64,000 nt of DNA, taken from Guillardia theta CCMP2712 (taxonomy: Eukaryota > Protista > Cryptophyta). The DNA is taken from positions 1-64,000 of the forward strand of contig NW_005434512.1 in assembly GCF_000315625.1 (NCBI RefSeq). The letters run 5' to 3'. Below are positions 59,628 through 64,000 of the stretch, one piece after another. Each line of letters starts with the position of its first letter. Positions within the stretch are counted from its first letter, which is position 1. The notes beneath the pieces are model-generated. The model was not told where the DNA came from. It was given only the letters and a program-made list of their open reading frames with translations, and ran no database searches. The translations under genes were made by a program, and so were the position numbers.

Positions 59628-61123
59628 CTACGCGCATCCTGCAATGGTTTCAGCCAACCGCGTCACGATGAGCTGGACGGCGTCATGCTGGCGCTGCAGC
59701 TTGGCGGCGTCATCGATGAAGGAGCTGTGAAAGTTTTGAGCCTCCTGCTCTCGCGCCTCGAACACGCCCCCCAGCTGCTGCCTGACCATGTCCTTGGTCT
59801 CCACCTCGTTCTTCGCGTCGTCCCTCGCGTCATACAGCTCGACCAGCTTCTCCTCCCACTCCCTCATCGTCGCCTTGTTCTGCTCCAGCGCTGACTGCAT
59901 CCCATGCATCTGCTCCTCGATCTCTTGCAGCCTCGTCGCAATCTGCTCCTGCAGCTGATGCACCACCTGCAGCATGCTCGTCGCCGTGTCGCTGCTCGAG
60001 CTCGCCAGGATGCTCTTGAACTTCTCGACTGTCTGCGCGAGCTTCGCGTTTCCTGCAGGGGGGACAAGAAGCAGAATTTTCTTCTTGGCTTCCAGCAGGA
60101 CGTTAGCTGGGCTCTGCTTTGATGACGCTGACGAGAGGGTCTGGATCAGCTGAGCGACCTCGTCGAGGATCGGCTTCTCCGCCTCCAGCTGACTTCTCTC
60201 CTCGTCGTACTTGGGCTTCAGCTTCGCCAGGTTCGCTTCCCCGGTCGTCACCGAGGATACGTACAACTGGTACTGCGACTCAGCATATGCAGCTGCTTCC
60301 GCCGCTGCCTCTTGCTTCGCAGCTGCCGTTCTGTACCCAGCCTGTGCCTCCAGCCACTTGCGCTTGGCACCTGACAATCAGCTTGAGCATCATCACAAGA
60401 CTTGGCGGGCCAAACCCTCAGCAGCAAGGCTCAGTTGCTGGTCCCGCTCGTAGAGGGTACTGTTCTCTTTCTATCGAGCAGATAAGAGCGAAGGGGAGGG
60501 AGACAAGGGAGTACCGTGATGTTCGCTTGCAGCCCGATGAAGGTGTTCTCAATCAGCTCATACTTGTCCTTCATCGCGCAGTTCGCCTCCAGCATCGTGC
60601 CTGCACTCAAAGGAACGTGACGAGATAAAGAGAGCCACTGAAGCCTCTCACTGGCTGAGGGGCGGCGGATCAAGGAGCTGAGGAGCAACTTCGACTGCTT
60701 GGGAAACCTCTGAGACCGTCACGTCAGCCGAGTGGGGAAGAAGAGCCTCTCAAGAACGAGCCTGCAGGACTTGCTTCTCAACCTCCCTCTCCATCTCCTT
60801 CCTCGCAAACTCCTCCTCCAGCTGGTGCAGCTGCAACCCAGTCACAGACATGATAGCTCGCAGCTCTGGTGTAAAAGAGTTGTGGGATCGTCATCCTCCT
60901 ACCTTGGAGGGCCAAGTCATGACCGTCACCTGTCCTGCATAATCCACCATGTTCTTCTCCTCCATGGCAGATCCCGTCAGCATCACGATGGCTACCGTAC
61001 AGGCAAGACCGCCAAGGACAAGGTTGAGCCGCTTCCATGACTTCGCTGGCGCTGCTGCTGCCGCAAGTGTGAGGGAGGAGAGGGGAAGGGCGGGGTCAGT
61101 CTTCTACCTGAAGCCGGGAGCAT
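59628..61123 (-). CDS. Hypothetical membrane-anchored coiled-coil protein
   Basis: N-terminal TM LNLVLGGLACTVAIVMLTG; the last exon 59628-60370 is a long heptad-rich region. Confidence 0.7.
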
Positions 61124-61548
61124 GACAAGAAGTAGCGAGACCCGAAATAGTTTGACACCTGTCAAATGAAAAAAAGGCTCCGACTCTGCCTTTTTAGTTA
61201 TTACTCCGAGGCTCACGGACACCTAGCTAGCAGGCCCGCCTCACCTCGGAGATGGAAAGTTTCACTTGCGGAGGGGTATCACATGAAGTTACTGCTGCAA
61301 TCAGTTACAAGCTACAAGACATGGAGTCATGGAATGAGCTCTTGAACAGAAACGAATGGAGTAAGTCATGCAGATTGCATCACTGTAACAAAGTTTCAGA
61401 TTCGGTTTCCTGTGCCGCGCACACACGCAAGCAGGTGTAGACAGAACGAGGTGCGAAGATGCCCATCTTGTAGCAGAAAGATAGTTTACAGTAGAATGAA
61501 ACATATAAGGTACTAGGATGTCCCTACAAGTAGTGGAGGAAGGATAGT

Positions 61549-62439
61549 TCAGTAGATAGACTTCCTTCGCAGTGGATAGGTGGGAGACCGTCTGAGCGGA
61601 GAGTGACGGTCGTGCTCCTCCAAGCTTCCCCATTCGTCGAAGTATCGCTCGGACGAGCTGAACGAAGTCGAAGCCAGCTCCTCAAAGCTCGGCTGCTCCA
61701 GACCCCTATGCTCGTGCACGGGCTGTGGGTGGTGCCCGGCATGCATGGCCTCCCACAAGCCCGGATGAAACATCTGGTTCCTCTCGTGCTCTACATGATC
61801 CCCAGGCAGCAGGCGGCCGAAATCCGCCATGACGTCCCATGCATCCCCGCGTCGATGAGAGGAGGCCGTCCTCTGCGGTCTGAACGGGTTGCAGTCATGC
61901 GACATGCGTCGAGGACGCATCTCAATCGGGCTGATGCTGGCGCAGTCATCGGAGGCACAAGGAGACGACATCTGCACAACCATCTGCTGCTTCGCTACAA
62001 TGTTGGCGTAGAACCTGGTACCCGAAGAGCTTGGTGCCGGCGACAAGCTCGAGCTCGCCCTCCCCATCGTGTGATACATCTTGCGATGCCACGCCAGCCT
62101 CAACGGGCTCTCGGCCTCGTCCGGGGAGGAGCACGTTCGTCCTGGGCTGCACGATGAAGGGCTTGAGGAGGCCTCTTGTCGGGCTTGAGGCTTGTGAACG
62201 TGGCTTTGGCTATGGTTGTGGCTGTGGCTGTGGCTGTGTCGAATTTCCTTTCTGTTCTTGTACGATTTCTTGATCAGTCGGAGGATCACAGTAAACATGG
62301 CCGCAACGACTGAGGCCAAAAAAAGAGAGGAGGCGAAAAATGAGTGAAGCCCTGTCTCCACCTCTCGAACCGCAGATGGCATCATCCCTCCAAACGAAAA
62401 AAGCTTGTGCGAGTGCAAACCAAGAATTGACTCGATCAT
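61549..62439 (-). CDS. Single-exon hypothetical protein with one TM segment and a Ser/His-rich tail
   Basis: 296-aa ORF; TM FFASSLFLASVVAAMFTVIL followed by a basic patch. Confidence 0.6.
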   Translation of the reverse strand: MIESILGLHSHKLFSFGGMMPSAVREVETGLHSFFASSLFLASVVAAMFTVILRLIKKSYKNRKEIRHSHSHSHNHSQSHVHKPQARQEASSSPSSCSPGRTCSSPDEAESPLRLAWHRKMYHTMGRASSSLSPAPSSSGTRFYANIVAKQQMVVQMSSPCASDDCASISPIEMRPRRMSHDCNPFRPQRTASSHRRGDAWDVMADFGRLLPGDHVEHERNQMFHPGLWEAMHAGHHPQPVHEHRGLEQPSFEELASTSFSSSERYFDEWGSLEEHDRHSPLRRSPTYPLRRKSIY

Positions 62440-62769
62440 TGGCTAGATTGGTAGTCCCTGGATATGAGACCAGTTGCTTGCATACACTCTAGCCCAATTT
62501 GTCGCTCACCAGCGCAGATCCGAAAACAAACTTTTGAAAATCTCAAACTCTTCTAAAACTCCTTGATGCTCGATTCCTTCGCCTTCGTATGCCTTTGAGC
62601 ACTTGAGCTTGTTCTGCTCTGCTTGCCTGGGCCCTTTCCCCGGTGCCTACGCTCTTCAAGTCTGTGGTATTCTGATCTCTCTGGCGGGAACGTGTCCTCC
62701 TATCTCACACTCCGTGCTCTTCTCTTCTCGTTCGCTTCTTGCTCCTGCCCTCCGGCAACCTCTTCCTTT

Positions 62770-63900
62770 TCTTCCCAAACCCCTACCCCACCCCCCATGG
62801 GCTCCCTCCATGAAACACTACCCCTTCTCTTTCAGACTACCCTACCCCTCCCACTCATGGATTTTTTTTTCAGAGGGCTGGTGAGGCTTTAAGACCCCCA
62901 ACTGTAAACAGAATCGTACCGGTGGTTTACAGTTCCTTCTGTCAAACCCTACTATGACGACCACCCCTACCCCACCTGCACGATATAAGCCAACCACGAT
63001 GGTCATTGAATTCTAAAAAGGATTATTCCATTGTTAGTTTGCTGCTTTATATTATCTCTTCAATGAATTTTGTTCCTAGTTTTGAAACTTTGCAGAGATA
63101 ATTTTGAGAACATTTGTGACATTGCACGCCATTTCTTCTCCTTCGACCTCTTCTCCTTACCCCTTACTCATTTTCTATCTCATTGTCAGCATGGTCTCCC
63201 CATCTTTCACGTTTGGTTCCCAAAAATTCAATGAGAATCTTTAATTTTCAAACTTTGATCGACTGTATGAAAAGAATATTGAAGCCTGAGGTGTCAGCGA
63301 GGGAGTATACAAAACGAACGAACAGGATTTTACAACGTTTCAAACCACAACCGACCTCGTGACTTGTCAGCAGGAACACACAATCTTATGGCAACCCAAC
63401 GTCGGAGATTCGAAAATAAGATCTTTCATATCAATTTCGTTGAGGATAATGACAGGTTTTATCGTCAGCTTGTCATCACGATTCTCCATTTTTCGGAAAC
63501 GACAGGGGGTACTTGAAGGTACTCGGACGTTGTGGACAAGGGTAGGGTGACTAGCTTTTTTCGAAAAATAGGTCACGGAGAGAATCATTCAAATGTCGTG
63601 ATTTCGATTATTTTTATCAGGAAAACAACGTTTGGATCGACCGGCTGCCTCCAGTGACATGGTTACAAAAGTGTGTTTTAGCATAAGCACACGAATCAGA
63701 AAACCAAATCTCAGCTTTCAAAAAGGGGATTTCTGATTTTTCAAATGTGATGAGAATATTTGAACTTATCTCCCAATCCTGAGAGCTCTCGTTTCAAATT
63801 GAAAACGGTTCTTGGCTTTTTTTACCCAAAACCACCCCCTGGGAACGAGACCACCCTCACCCCCCAGCATAGGCATGATTAATACCACCCCTCCTACCTC
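62770..63900. promoter_or_regulatory. TACCC blocks (62770-62990, 63820-63900) enclosing an AT-rich core
   Basis: Same layout as 8215-8960 and 29195-29510. Confidence 0.45.
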
Positions 63901-64000
63901 AGGCCTTGCATGCGTCCCTCATCCGCCGCAGATAAAAAAGTCACGAGACCCGTAACGTGACGTCCGGCGAGCTGCCTCACCTGTCAGTGCTCACAAGTCC

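Overview
Gene-dense, intron-rich eukaryotic nuclear DNA with two assembly gaps (26071-26648, 31851-31950). The short introns, microsatellite-filled introns and a bipartite plastid presequence with Phe after the signal cleavage site point to an alga with a red-derived complex plastid, most likely a cryptophyte such as Guillardia theta (inference). About 22 protein-coding genes, mostly alternating head-to-head and tail-to-tail. Recognisable products: a phospholipase/carboxylesterase-like protein followed by an RCC1-like repeat, a C18orf63/DUF4708-like protein with a SAP domain, an ER-type JmjC protein ending in KTEL, a degenerate Nudix-like protein, thylakoid lumen pentapeptide protein TL17, a stand-alone FTCD C-terminal cyclodeaminase, a plastid thioredoxin (f-like), Elongin C, a CHD6-9-like remodeller, an MRH (M6PR/ATG27-like) protein, a multi-PDZ protein, a large protein with a YfaP/DUF2135-like domain, an Nnf1/PMF1-like protein and an FHA + HELP/WD40 (EML-like) protein. 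The least explained signal is non-coding: recurrent intergenic modules made of CCGG/GGCC-dense islands, TACCCACCC-motif blocks and AT-rich cores, mostly between divergent genes. Exon boundaries were read by eye, and most ORF-track entries are artefacts of introns or simple repeats. No rRNA, tRNA, CRISPR array or autonomous transposon was recognised.
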